Positions 36,301-48,959 of a stretch of DNA of 64,000 nucleotides are shown piece after piece. Position 1 is the first letter of the stretch. The number at the start of each line of letters is the position of its first letter. The stretch is from Lytechinus pictus (taxonomy: Eukaryota): contig NC_087252.1 of NCBI RefSeq assembly GCF_037042905.1, forward strand, positions 5,086,001 to 5,150,000, read 5' to 3'. The position numbers were made by a program, and so were the translations under genes. The notes under the pieces were generated by a model. That model worked only from the letters and a program-made list of their open reading frames with translations, did no database searches and was not told the DNA's origin.

Positions 36301-37001
36301 GATCCTTAGACGACCTTGATTTAAAAAAAAATGTTTACATTTTTCTTTTATACATAGTCCTTGCAGCCCTATATCATTTACAAATCAATGAAGTGAATAT
36401 TATCAAGCTATATGAAAAGAGTATATCTTGAAATTTTCAACCCATTCGTAATTTGAATAGGGATTTTATATAAACATAAGGCAAAAATATGCAGATGGTT
36501 ATTTTGACCGGCAATGCAATTGCTAACAAAAAGAGATAAACATTGTGTATCCTTCATCACGTCTTAAGGCGCACAAAGTCCTATAATATACAGTACAAAT
36601 AGATGCACAGGGGGGGGGGGGGGGGTTATCAAAACCTAAAGCTGCCTTCAAAAAAGGAGAAATGCATGACAACAAACTGGAACAGCAATCTATGTATTTT
36701 AGAAAATATTTATGTTGTTTCGTGTGTTTGAATGGGTCTACGTCATATTATAATTATAATATTTTTTAATCAGGTTCAGAAAATGGCTGTGCCTTCGATG
36801 TCTATACATCTGTTCATGCATAATGTGAACACACCAATGAATGTAATGAGAAAGGAGTAACGCTACAATAATGCAGTCAGAACACATAAATATTGTTTAT
36901 AATGTAATACTATTGATTTATTTATCATTGAAATCAAAGAAAAAAAAATCAATTAAATATGATCTATACACGTTTTCTACATAGAATTGTTACTCTAGTC
37001 C

Positions 37002-37061
37002 CAGTGGCGTACCTAGGATTTTCCACAGGGGGGGCAAAACCGTCCGCCAAAAAATTTGACA

Positions 37062-37097
<36 letters not shown>

Positions 37098-37142
37098 TCT
37101 TCGATCACAAATAAAGGATTTCGTACCAGAAAAAAATTGACA

Positions 37143-37182
<40 letters not shown>

Positions 37183-37317
37183 TCTTCAAGCTCGTCAGGG
37201 GGGGCAAAAAAGGTTTTTCAAGCCCGTCAGGGGGGGGCAAAGATACGTTTTTGCATGGGTTTTGACTCGTCAGGGGAGGCAGAGTGCCCCCCCTGCCCCC
37301 CCGTAGGTACGCTAGTG
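37002..37317. mobile_element. hAT-like non-autonomous element
   Basis: 8-bp TSD tctagtcc (36994-37001 and 37318-37325); TIR cagtggcgtaccta / taggtacgctagtg. Confidence 0.85.
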
Positions 37318-37369
37318 TCTAGTCCTATATCAAGGTCAACATTCCCGTGTACCACAATTCTTCTTTGTA

Positions 37370-37978
37370 AACAAGAGGAGCGCCTCTGACAGTCTCGCCT
37401 GCATTACGCGTTTCAGTATAGCAGCAGTGCTAACTTTGAAAACAGTATAAAATAATTATCCACAAAAACATCATTCATATAATAATATGATACTACGTTC
37501 ATTTACCCTAAATTACATTTGACCTTGATCATGTGGCCTTAGACCTGTAATTGATACTTGATAACCTCTACGTCCACATTTCACAAACTATATCCGTGAA
37601 CTTTCAAAGTTATGATAACCCCAAACATGGCCAAAGTTCATTGACTTTAAATGACGTCATGTGACCTGAAACTCGCACGGGATGTTCAGTGATACTTGAT
37701 TATCCTTAATATGTCCAAGTTTTATGAAATAGATCCATAAACTTCCAGTTAACTGACATGGTAATGACCTTTGATCTTGGTTATGTGATCTGAAACACAA
37801 GCAGGTTATTTAGTGACACTTGATTAACCCTATGTCTAAGTTGCATGAACTAGGTCCATATAATTTCTAAGTCAATTAAAAAACTGAACCTTCGATTAAG
37901 ATTGATGTTGACGCCGCCGCGGGAAAAGCAGCGCCTATGATTAGAATAGTCTCACTCTTCTATGGAGGCGAGACAAAA
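37370..37978. mobile_element. HINE-like element, shorter relative of 18965-19938
   Basis: aacaag start, gtctcgcctgcat sub-TIR, tgacctgaaactcgcac repeats, gtctcac..gcgagac 3' hairpin. Confidence 0.75.
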
Positions 37979-38708
37979 ACCCCGAACAAAAATGTAATAT
38001 TTCCTAAATTCAATTTCAATTGGGGAATTATTACACACTAGTTGTTATTAGTACTATCATTTTTAAAAATCGATAAGTTTTGTAGTATTTGAAGATTTGT
38101 TTATGAGAACGCAAGAGCAGCCTTGTATTAACTTCATTGTTTTCAGTTCTAATTGTATTTCTAAATCACAGTTCATTTCTTCCCCTCAAACAAAATAAAT
38201 TGTATTATACATGCAGAGCAGGTGTGCAATTTGGTTACCGCCCCCTTTTTTTTAGTGAAATCCCCCCTTTATTTGGAATGCGGAAGAGTACAGAGACATT
38301 CTTTTTTTTACTTTGTCGAAAGATCATCTTTTGAATCCATTGCATGTCTTTCTTGGGCGTGACCCCCTTGCATGCTTGTCTAGAAAATTTCGGAAGAGAA
38401 CCCTTTTTATCACTGTTAACCTTGAAAAAAAAAAATGATTACAAATCCTATCTACCACCTCGTAAATCCCGGAACCTATCCTGATGCAAGCCGATGAGAC
38501 GTGCATAATGACCTAAAGAGCATTTATCATGAACATGATGAAATAATTTGTCGGACGTTTTATCCGACAAAGTCTGTTTTTTATCCGAGTTACATTGGTA
38601 ACAGCGCTTCCTAGCAAATTAAAATCACGGAAAGTTGTCAGATCAGAAAATTTGTCGGACAAAATATTGATGAAGGGCACTATAAGATGTAATTTCCGAC
38701 GAGCATGA

Positions 38709-38945
38709 TTAACCTTCCCCTAGTTGGTCATTACCATTAGAACAAGAACACCCCTTGACCTCTAGTGTGTCAAGTTCGACGTTGCTTCCAGTTTTCTCGT
38801 CCTGATGTCTCGCAGAGATTTTTTCGGTGTATCGCGAAATACGAGATGAAATCGTCATGAAGCCAAGCTTCTGAATGTCTCGGAAGCTGTCGATGAATGT
38901 TGACACGACACCAAGACACACGAAGAGGTTGGCGAAGACAATGAT
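38709..38945 (-). CDS. K2P channel exon 3: TM4 and C-terminus
   Basis: tttatatag acceptor, phase 0; IIVFANLFVCLGVVSTFIDSFRDIQKLG...DQLGEG*; 237 nt. Total CDS is 1098 nt (365 aa). Confidence 0.85.
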   Translation of the reverse strand: MIVFANLFVCLGVVSTFIDSFRDIQKLGFMTISSRISRYTEKISARHQDEKTGSNVELDTLEVKGCSCSNGNDQLGEG

Positions 38946-39292
38946 CTATATAAACAAAATAAAACACAACGCCTAAATCAGTCAAAGGGAAACAATTTCT
39001 CTTCATTTAAGGGGGGAGGGGAGGGGGGAAATGATTATGTGGGTCTCTCATTCAATAAATTGTACCTTGTGAGATAACCATTCATAATAAAGATTATAAA
39101 TCATCAAAACAAAGTTTTTATCTGTTTTAGAAAATTAATTGTTTGGAGAGAGAAGTACTTGTTTTTCTATACTTGATAACATAATAATTGCGATATGAAC
39201 GTATCGATTGGTGCATAGCATGTTATCATTGAAATGGGTCTTTTTAACAAGATCACACTGCAAAAACTCCGGTGTTGATTCAACACCAGCCA

Positions 39293-41808
39293 GGTGGGTG
39301 TTCCATAAAAATGTTCGTAAAGTTACGAACGACTTTACGCACGACTGGAACATGTTCTTGACCATAACTCAATTACATAGGGATATCACATAGCACAAGA
39401 AAGGATCACCAGTCGTGCGTAAAGTCATTCGTATCTTAAGCCCCTTTCACAATTGACGTACGACCATTTGCGACCTTTTGGTCGTGCGACAGGCTGCAAC
39501 AGGCATCAATCGCTAGTCATCTCATAAGATCGCACAGAGGCTTTCACAGATGCAACAGCTGTCGTACAACAAAAACAACCAGTAAACCCCGTTGCACGAG
39601 TAAGTCGCATATGCTCTTATTGTGCTCGTGCGATCACATGCGAGTGTTGCACGAGGGATTGCGAGTGGAACGGTCGCATACATGCGAATGAAACGGTAGT
39701 GCAATGTTGTAAGCCGTTGAGATCGGTCTTGCAACAGTCTTATGGCCCATATTATTATCGCAACCAGTCGCAAGACAGGTCTCTGTACATGTTAAGCCCC
39801 TTTCACAATTGACGTACGACCATTTGCGAAGTTTTGGTCGTGCGACAGGCTGCAACAGGCATCAATCGCTAGTCATCTCATAAGATCGCACAGAGGCTTT
39901 CACAGTTGCAACAGCTGTCGTACAACAAAAACAACCAGTAAACCCCGTTGCACGAGTAAGTCGCATATGCTCTTATTGTGCTCGTGCGATCACATGCGAG
40001 TGTTGCACGAGGGATTGCGAGTGGAACGGTCGCATACATGCGAATGAAATGGTAGTGCAATGTTGTAAGCCGTTGCGATCGGTCTTGCAACAGTCTTATG
40101 GCCCATATTATTATCGCAACCAGTCGCAAGACAGATCTCTGTACATGTAGGTCGCTTGCACATGTGCAAGTGTTGCACGACCTCCAGTCAAGTAAATGCG
40201 ACTACTTAGTTGTGCCACCTCTCGCACCAAGTCGTACAACGTTGAACAACATTCGCACGATGATCGCCCGACCGATAGTACGACCCCGGGTACTGCCTGA
40301 TGCGAGTGAATCGATCGTATTTGATCGCGTTCGGATTTTGAACATGTTCAAAGTTCAGATGTGACCAGCCACGACCACCTCGAGTTCGTGCGACCGTCTA
40401 CAACGACTGCGAGTGCTCGCAAGACACCAAGAGATCGATCGTGCAACAACAAGAAAAAACTGTTGCAGGCGGTCGTAAACTGGTCGGACGTCAATTGTGA
40501 AATGGGCTGAACGGTCGCATACATGCGAATGCAACGGTAGTGGAATGTAGTAAGCCGTAATTTCGATCGGTCTTGCAACAGTCTCATATTATCGCACCCA
40601 GTCGCAAGACTGGTCTCTGTAGGTCTCCAGCACATGTGCAAGTGTTGTACGACCTCCAGTCGACTAAAGGCGACTATACTTAGTTGTGCCACCTCTCGCA
40701 CCAAGTCGTACAACGTTGAACAACACTCACACGATGATCGCCCGACCGATGGTACGACCTGTTGCGAGTGAATCAATCGTATTTGATCGCGTTTGGATTT
40801 TGAACATGTTCAAAGTGCAGATGCGACCAGTCACGATCACCTCCGACCACCTCGAGTTTGTGCGATCGTCTACAACGACTGCGAGCGCTCGCAAGACACC
40901 AAGGGATCGATCGTGCAACAACAAGAAAAAACTGTTGCAGGTGGTCGTAAACAGGTCGTACGTCAATTGTGAAAGGGGCTTAAGTCGCTTGCACATGTGC
41001 AAGTGTTGCACGACCTCCAGTCAAGTGAATGCGACTACTTAGTTGTGCCACCTCTCGCACCAAGTCGTACAACGTTGAACAACACTCGCACGATGATCGC
41101 CCGACCGATGGTACGACCCCGGGGAAGGGCTGATGCGAGTGAATCGATCGTATTTGATCGCGTTCGGATTTTGAACATGTTCAAAGTTCAGATGTGACCA
41201 GTCACGACCACCTCGAGTTCGTGCGACCGTCTACAACGACTGCGAGTGCTCGCAAGACACCAAGAGATCGATCGTGCAACAACAAGAAAAAACTGTTGCA
41301 GGCGGTCGTAAACTGGTCGGACGTCAATTGTGAAAGGGGCTGAACGGTCGCATACATGCGAATGCAACGGTAGTGGAATGTAGTAAGCCGTTATTTCGAT
41401 CGGTCTTGCAACAGTCTCATATTCTCCAGCACATGTGCAAGTGTTGTACGACCTCCAGTCGACTAAATGCGACTATACTTAGTTGTGCCACCTCTCGCAC
41501 CAAGTCGTACAACGTTGAACAACACTCACACGATGATCGCCCGACCGATGGTACGACCTGTTGCGAGTGAATCAATCGTATTTGATCGCGTTTAGATTTT
41601 GAACATGTTCAAAGTTCAGATGCGACCAGTCACGATCACCTCCGACCACCTCGAGTTTGTGCGATCGTCTACAACGACTGCGAGTGCTCGCAAGACACCA
41701 AGGGATCGATCGTGCAACAACAAGAAAAAACTGTTGCAGGTGGTCGTAAACAGGTCGTACGTCAATTGTGAAAGGGGCTTTACGAACAACTTTATGAAAC
41801 ACCCACCC
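39293..41808. mobile_element. Second-layer MITE (Harbinger-like) inserted in the CACTA-like MITE
   Basis: TIRs ggtgggtgttccataaa..tgttcgtaa / ttacgaacaactttatgaaacacccacc; absent from the 49333 copy. Confidence 0.8.
39439..41779. mobile_element. PIF/Harbinger-like element (TTA TSD) containing a second copy of itself (39795-40980)
   Basis: TTA|agcccctttcacaattgacgtacgacc ... ggtcgtacgtcaattgtgaaaggggct|TTA; the inner copy is flanked by tta/taa. Confidence 0.88.
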
Positions 41809-43388
41809 GGAATCTATATAATTATGTCCACACCAGAGAAGTGTTAAACAACACCGATTTTGATATTAATCTAATACCAGATAGGTGATTATATAACACC
41901 ATTTAGTATCAAAACAGCATCGGTTTGATTCCAAACTGGTGTTGTTTCAATACTTCTCTGGTGTGGACATATATAGATTCCAGGCTGGTGTTAAATCAAC
42001 ACCGGAGTTTTTGCAGTGCACTTTGCTAAGAATGTTGCATTATGGGCTAGCAATCTGGACAGTTCGGCAGTTGAGGAAATGAGGTCGTGCTATCAAGGCT
42101 GTGCGATTAAAGGCTACTGGTTCGTACTTGCTTTAATGTAGCAGTGGCTGCGGAAGCGGGGGGGGGGGGGGGGGCTTCAGCCCCTCACCTTTTCCCCAAA
42201 AAATGTACAAAAAACGTAAAAAGGATGATTGTGATTTTTTGGACATGTATTTTTGAGGTGACACGACATTTGCTCCGGGCGTTATTTCGTCTAAGAATGA
42301 TATAGGGTTAGGGTTGCAATAAGGTTTTATCCAGCCAGCCAGGATTTCATTTTTGAGGGGGCGGTAAATGCACGCAAAGTGTATAAACACTTACAGAGCT
42401 CGCGAAGCGCGCTCCCTAGTGGGTGGGTGCAGGGAGGGAGACACAAAAAAAGATATATAGCGCACAAAAAAGGATATAATAAATGGAGGAAATTCAAATA
42501 ATAATTATCCCGCGCGAAAAGAAAAAACATTTTGAATTATTAAGAAAGTGTCATTAAAAATTTCAAAATGAGGGCGCAAAACAAGACAGGAGATAAATGT
42601 GCAGGTAAATGACATGAAGTTTCATAGAATTTGATAGAAATATTGTACTTTTTTATTTAATACACTAATTTCATACCTTCCTCTTTTAAAATGAGGAACC
42701 TATTTTATGAGCTGAAAAGCGGGATAAGTGGCCTATATGCGGGTGACGGCAGAAAATGATATAAAGATTTTACCCTCCCGGGGCCAACCCAAATAGAAAT
42801 GCGGAAATATTGCGTGATCAATTTGAGAAAAAAAAATCATATAGGCATATTTCGGCCTTACCTTACTCTAGTTCCATGCCCTAATTTATAGATTTGATCT
42901 TACACTGGCTAGAAACAATCTATAGCCGAGGTGGAAAAGAGGGTTAGAGAACGGTGAGAGAAACAAAGCAAAACTGCGATATTGTCATAAAAAAAAAAAA
43001 AAAAAGAGCGAGAGTGAAGTAGTTTCTTTTAGGAACTAATTCTTTTGAGAAAAAAAATAAGTAATAAGATACCTTTCTTTCCTTTCCTCCCTTCGCTTTT
43101 CCTTTTTTTTTCTCCTTCTCTTTTTTTTTTTTGGGGGGGGGGGGGGCTACCGCCCCTGGCTACGCGCCTGGTTTTATCTTTTATGTTAGGTTTGGGGTTA
43201 GGTTTGGGAAAGGGTGTAATATTAATTCCAGGGTTGAAGTTGGTCATTCCATTATGCTTGGAAGTAACAGCGGAGATATATTTGTCGTCGGAGCAAATGT
43301 CATGGAACCGTTTTTTAATCTGATCCGTAGGTCGATGAGAGAAAACTCACTATTACCTTCATCAACGAGCCTTAACCCTTGTACTTAC

Positions 43389-43774
43389 TCTTATGATATA
43401 GAGCTTGACGATAGAAACTCCTTCGAAGGCTGCCTCCAGGTCTCCGAATCCAACAGTGGTCGTAGCCTGCACTACGTAATAAAGACTATCCACAAAGTCC
43501 CAGTCTTCTTGTGTGAAGAAGTAGATGATGCTTGGTGGCACGACCATGAGGAGGACAAAAAGATAGGCTAAAGTCAAGTTAACAAAGCCAGCTCCGACCT
43601 TCGTACAACATCTGAGGCATTTCTGCCGGCTGGTGGTGAATCTGGTGAGGCATAGATCCTGGAGCATTTGACCGACCAGGAACACGATACTTCCTGTGAG
43701 TAGGATGCCCGCCAAGGCGTAGAACACGCAGAAGATCTCACCGAGTCCTGTGCGCGGGGACGCATAGCCGAATC
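43389..43774 (-). CDS. K2P channel exon 2: filter 1 (GFG), TM2, TM3, pore 2 (TTVGFGD)
   Basis: GFGYASPRTGLGEIFCVFYALAGIL...EDWDFVDSLYYVVQATTTVGFGDL...YIIR; gtccag acceptor, GTAAGT donor; 386 nt. Confidence 0.92.
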
Positions 43775-44974
43775 CTGGACAAATTAATGGTAGACCATGA
43801 TAATTTGGATGAATAAACCTTTGGGGCTATGTTTACACGATGTTAGATTGTCAAGGGTGAATATGCTTAAGAAGTAATGAGCATGATAATGGTTTTAAAA
43901 TTAAATATCATATGGTGGCTTCGCATAGCTCATGTTCCTGGCTATGCCAGAACAATTTTTATATTGCACCCAAAACATGAAATCTAAGTGCAGCTTAATC
44001 GGCACAGCTGTGGCATTTCCCTTCATACATGATACTCAGTGTCCATCCCAATATATATAAAAAAAAACACGATGACCTTTTTTGTATAGGAACGTTGAGC
44101 ATGGAGTTTATTGGGGTGATATGACATCCGTTCAGAATATTGCTGAATGCTATAATGTCAGAAAATCTGCACGGTGGAAATTTCATTTATTTGTTATCAA
44201 TCCAATCTACATTTCACGCGCTCTTTTGCTATAAAACAACATTCTTTTACAAAAAGATGTCAACGCCACCGAGGTGGCTAAAAGGTAACCCTAACTTGAA
44301 GGTCAAAGTCAAGGAGGCCATCATTAAAAAAATACAATCTTGACGTGAACGCTATGTTGACGAACCCCATGACAACGCTTAGTTCTCCACACCAGTCTTC
44401 ATATGATCTATGAGGGAGTAGTTCAATGCTTTGTGTATGACTATCCTGCTCAAAAGTATACCATAATTTCATGATTAGTTTATCATTTACTAATTCATGT
44501 TTTCTTAGTGTTGTCTCGTTTTCTTACAAAATAGTGTTGTCCCGTTAAAGCCAAGTTGGTCTGCTTTGCAAGAGAGCCCTATGACCAACGATTGATAAAC
44601 TCGCTCGAACTAACGGGGGGGGGGGGGGTATAAAAGAGCTTGTCGGACGTTTTATCTGACAGGTTCTGTTTCATCCGACATGTACCATAGTAACAGCGCT
44701 TCTTAGCCAATCAAAATCAAGGAAAGTTTTCAGATCTGACAACATCGTCAGACAAAAATGTTCATGAAACGCTTCCCAGGTATAATTGAGGAACCATCTA
44801 GGGATATAGCTTAACACCCAACCTTCTCTTCTATCTTGGCCTACCCTCTTTCCAGTTTAGTAAATCTTTCCCAACGTGTTAATTGAAAATACGTTTTTTA
44901 CTTAAAATATAAGGGGATCGAAAGTAGCCCGGATGGCACCGATCTATTCATCCATACTTCCACCATGAACTTAC

Positions 44975-45449
44975 CTATCGTAGTCACAACTGTGATTACA
45001 AAGAAGAAGGTTTGTGACGTGCTCCAAGGGTGTGTGTAGTAGGTGTCATTGATCGCTCCCTTGCTCAGATGAAAGGCGTAAGGCTGACCAGTGGAGTAGC
45101 CTCCTTCACCTATGGCTCGTGTTACGATCATCATCAAATCGGCAACGTCATCATCCTCCATGCAATCGTTTTCGGATGAAAGCCGTTGGAGAGCTCCATG
45201 GAAGTTCCTCGAAGCTTTCAATGCTGCGGGACGCTCGAGGGCGTGGAAGACCAGCGCTCCGGCGAACAGGTATGCCAACATGACGAGAAGGAAGAAACAT
45301 ATTATCATCCATTTCGTCTCCATCGATACTGATACATGCCCTTCTTCATTATCGTTTTCTCTGCCTTCACCTTCCCCTAAGTGTTCTATGCTGTCATCTT
45401 CTTCAAGAATGGCGTCGCTTTTAATTTCATTCTCAAAGTTTTCTGCCAT
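44975..45449 (-). CDS. Two-pore-domain potassium channel (K2P/KCNK family), exon 1: acidic N-terminus, TM1, cap, pore helix 1
   Basis: aaaATGG start; ...LAYLFAGALVFHALE...NDCM...WSTSQTFFFVITVVTTI G|GTAAGT; 475 nt. Confidence 0.92.
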
Positions 45450-47705
45450 TTTACTTACGATCAATCTGGCAACTTGATTATAACTATGGGCCTACTGACT
45501 GTTTAATTGTCTACTGTATACGGTCTTCACGTCAGCGTTACGCTTATTTGGTTTCTATATTCATGCTCACAGGAACAGTTTCTGAACATTTGGACAATGT
45601 ATTGAAAATGAAATTCATCGTCACAAGAATTTATCTAATGCTGCCCCTGCAGATTCACCCCTCGTTGTACTGGCCGATATTCTTACCATATAATGAAAGC
45701 ATCTGTCGGGGTTTTAAATAAGGTTGGTTGTCAGTGTGGATCCGCTACGAATGCAGATTGCTTCAAATACTCCTCAAATGCTGTCCAAGATTACAATGCA
45801 GCATAAATGTTAAGAATGCAATGTGAAATCACCAAGAATACACCACGAAAATCGTTCGAAATTCCCCCCTGTCAATTAAACTTCGAAAAGTTCTGGCATG
45901 ACCAAAAAATTGGACCCGGTCCCAGGAACTCCCACGAACATTCGGAAAACTTTCAGAATATTCCGGTTGAACCTCAATCGAGTAGGTCGATCCAAAGAGT
46001 TTTCCGACAACACAAACTATTCAGCACACAGTTCTGACATTATCTTCATTCATATTATAATTGATTACCCTCTATTAATCATCCATAATTGAGAAAGCAC
46101 TATTATGACGTAAGATTAAATAACGCTCGACCTCATCGACACCAAGATCGAAATGTGCTGGTATGACTTGGGTTCGCTGCAAGAAAAGTTCATATACGCT
46201 GAAGTGACCATATCATACGTCGTGACGGTATTTGCCGAGCTCGGATAGCCCATGCATTTGTAATAAGTCCATGGATAGCCCAATCTACCCAGCAGCAAAA
46301 TCAAGGGTTCGGTGGGGGTGAGGGGTGGGGCGGAGGTTGTTGTTTCTCCACACAAAACTTGTTTTGTTGTCTTTTTTTAAATACTAGGTTTCATTTCACC
46401 TTTTCAGGATTCGTGACAAAATATACATACAAAATACTTCATTAAAATTGATTGCATGCTCAAATTTTCTTGACTTCTGATTTCATACAAAACAATCATT
46501 TATGGACAAAATTTTCCCTGCAGGAGTATAGTGCTTTTTAATTTGTGAATGGGCTGGTACCACTGGCGAATGGGGGGGGGGGGGGGGTAATGTGATCTCA
46601 TAAGAACTTAACGAGAAAGAGATAAAAATATATTAAACAAAGAAACGGAAAAGGAGAAAAAAGAAAATATGTTACTAAATTATTTTCATGAATATTATGC
46701 AAAAATGTATCCCCAAATTTGACTGTCACCTTCTTTTCCAGTTAAAGAATGCAATGTGGCGCCCCTCATAATATTTGGCTCATTCCGCCCCTCGCACTTC
46801 ATAAAAAAGTGAACTTACGTATACAGGCTATGTAGAAGTAGTAATGGTGATTTATGTATTTTGTGTATTTGGCTAGGGAGTAGATTGTCAGCCTTTGTGT
46901 AGCGTAATGAGCCAAAACTCCTTGATTTTTGTAAATTTTTCGTCTGAAAAACTGATTTTGTGATAGATTTTGATATACCATTCAGGAAATTGTATCATAT
47001 CTATATCCTTTTCTTTTTATTTCTCTTTGTTTGATTATGATTTTTTTTGGGGGGGATGCCCCCAAAGACGTCATTTTGACAGAACCAATAAATTACAGGG
47101 GTCACTCTCAACATCAACAGTTACTGGCACACACCTGCGTCCTGAAAAAGCATTGGAAAGATAGGGTCCCTTTAAGGGGTTGACCTCATAAGGAATTAAA
47201 AAAAAGTGCCGGTAGGTTGATAGCAATCGCGACTTAAGGTAACCCGTTTTCATCAAGCGATTCAGAAGTCCAATTTGACATTTGTTCCTAATAAAATTTC
47301 ACACGCTCTATTATCTCTTATATCTTTTATAATTATAATATATTTTATATTTTGTTATATTAAATAATTTTCTTAGTCACTAATACCTCTCGTCTATAGT
47401 CTGTCAAGGCTGTCGTATTATCGGAGTATTACTTTCCATTCTCTTCGGATTGGTCCTTTGTACAGCATTTCCTTTCGCAGAGAAAAGGACCCATGAAAGC
47501 TCTTGCTTGTTCTCGGATTAATTGCCAATAGGGGCTGATGAAAGTTTTGTAAAGTCTGATACACTGGTGTGGGTAGCCAAGGGAAGCAGAGGAGGCGAGA
47601 GGAGTGGTGGACCTATAGTTGATAAGCGATCGCCCCCCAAAAAACAATCAAAAGAAAGACCATCCACTGAAGCTACACTTTCTTTGTGGAGTTGAATTAA
47701 AAGAA

Positions 47706-48015
47706 GATTTGAAGAGCCATGATTTTACTAGTAATATTTAATTTTTTGTTGTTGCTGCCTCTATGACAAAGACCCTTTCAATGCAACACCCTATCATATA
47801 CCACTTCGTAGTTTACTTACACTAGTGAAATTCTCGTTCATAATGCTTCTTCGTTGGATTTGAAGAGCTTTGATTTTACTAGTGATATATTTTGTTGTTG
47901 TTGCTGCCTCTATGACAAAGACCCTTTCAATGCAACACCTTCTCGTATACCACTTTGTACATGTTGTAGTTCAGTTACACTAGTGAAATTCTCGTTCATA
48001 ATGCTTCTTCGTTGC
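47706..48015. repeat. Two-copy tandem duplication (~150 bp)
   Basis: gatttgaagagc..gattttactagt..gttgctgcctctatgacaaagaccctttcaatgcaacacc..cactagtgaaattctcgttcataatgcttcttcgttg occurs twice. Confidence 0.85.
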
Positions 48016-48959
48016 AATGTCTTCTTCTTGTATAATATTTAGTAGTTTTAAAATGCTTTACTGGTGAAAATGGTTGATTTCCTTGTTAGGATGAGATATG
48101 CTAAGATTACCACTTTTAATAAGATCCCAGCTGGTACAAAATAAGGAGGTAGTAGGAAAGTATTGCAACAATGTTAGCGAATGTTATGAGAATATCCAAT
48201 GGTAAGATGATTTGTATGCTCAAGATTGTTTATCAACGATTTAAAAAAGGATATGTGAATGCTTTTTTTGTTCTCCTGGCAACTTCTTTAGCACCATTAA
48301 ATAATACAAAGGGTTGGCGATTTTCAAAGATATTTTATACTAAAAATAAAAATTTCATATGAGGAATATGACATATAAAACACATTTAGGCCCTCATATC
48401 ATTTTTGACTGTTTTTGACAATGTTATAAAAAAAGAAGGTTTACCATGGGACATTTTTAATTTTTCTGCCTGTATTTTGTTCCCTTCTTCATATTACACA
48501 TGGTGAACCGTAAGCCTCCACGTTATAAACTCCACCATGCAAACCTACAAAGATCATCCAAAGCACCAATCCCTTTGAATATGCAAGTCAAATCACAATG
48601 GAGAGCTGAGAGGCTTGAATGTTGGTGGACAGACACAGCATCGGAATCTCTTGACTCTCTACGAAATATTTGCAATTGTTCGTCCGGTGCAAATCTTCGG
48701 ATGATCTGCTTTCCCAGTCTTACCAACTCTCGACAAAAGCCTGTCAGCTCTCCATTGTGATTATAATGGCATTTTCAAAAGATTCGATGTATTGTAGAGA
48801 GTGTCTTCGTAGTAATGCGAAACTCCCTATTATCAGGCCTTGGTGACGTCATGATCACCGCTATCGTCATCATCGTCAATAGGGAGTTTCCCTCAATGAT
48901 GTGCGCAGGATTCTAGAACAGAGTAAATGTACTGACAATGCCCGTCAAATGTCCTTTGA

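Larger units (their letters stand above)
39256..42018. mobile_element. CACTA/EnSpm-like MITE (outer layer of nest)
   Basis: CA|cactgcaaaaactccggtgttgatt.aacaccagc ... gctggtgttaaatcaacaccggagtttttgcagtg|CA. An uninterrupted copy lies at 49333-49569. Confidence 0.85.

Noticed and set aside
36262..36315. tRNA-like sequence (minus strand GGTTCGATTCCCGGCCGGGCAC)
   Set aside because: Only a T-arm/B-box and 3' stem are recognisable, with no complete cloverleaf. Likely a SINE head or tRNA fragment.
39439..41779. Repeated ORFs and repeat units resembling a CRISPR array or a tandem gene family
   Set aside because: Fully explained by nested, TIR-bounded MITE copies with TTA duplications; no unique spacers, no cas genes, eukaryotic context.
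47420..48780. Moderately GC-rich stretches with short ORFs that might be exons of the plus-strand gene
   Set aside because: No recognisable protein motif or consistent splice-site pair; contains stops and a tandem duplication. Probably an old repeat remnant.
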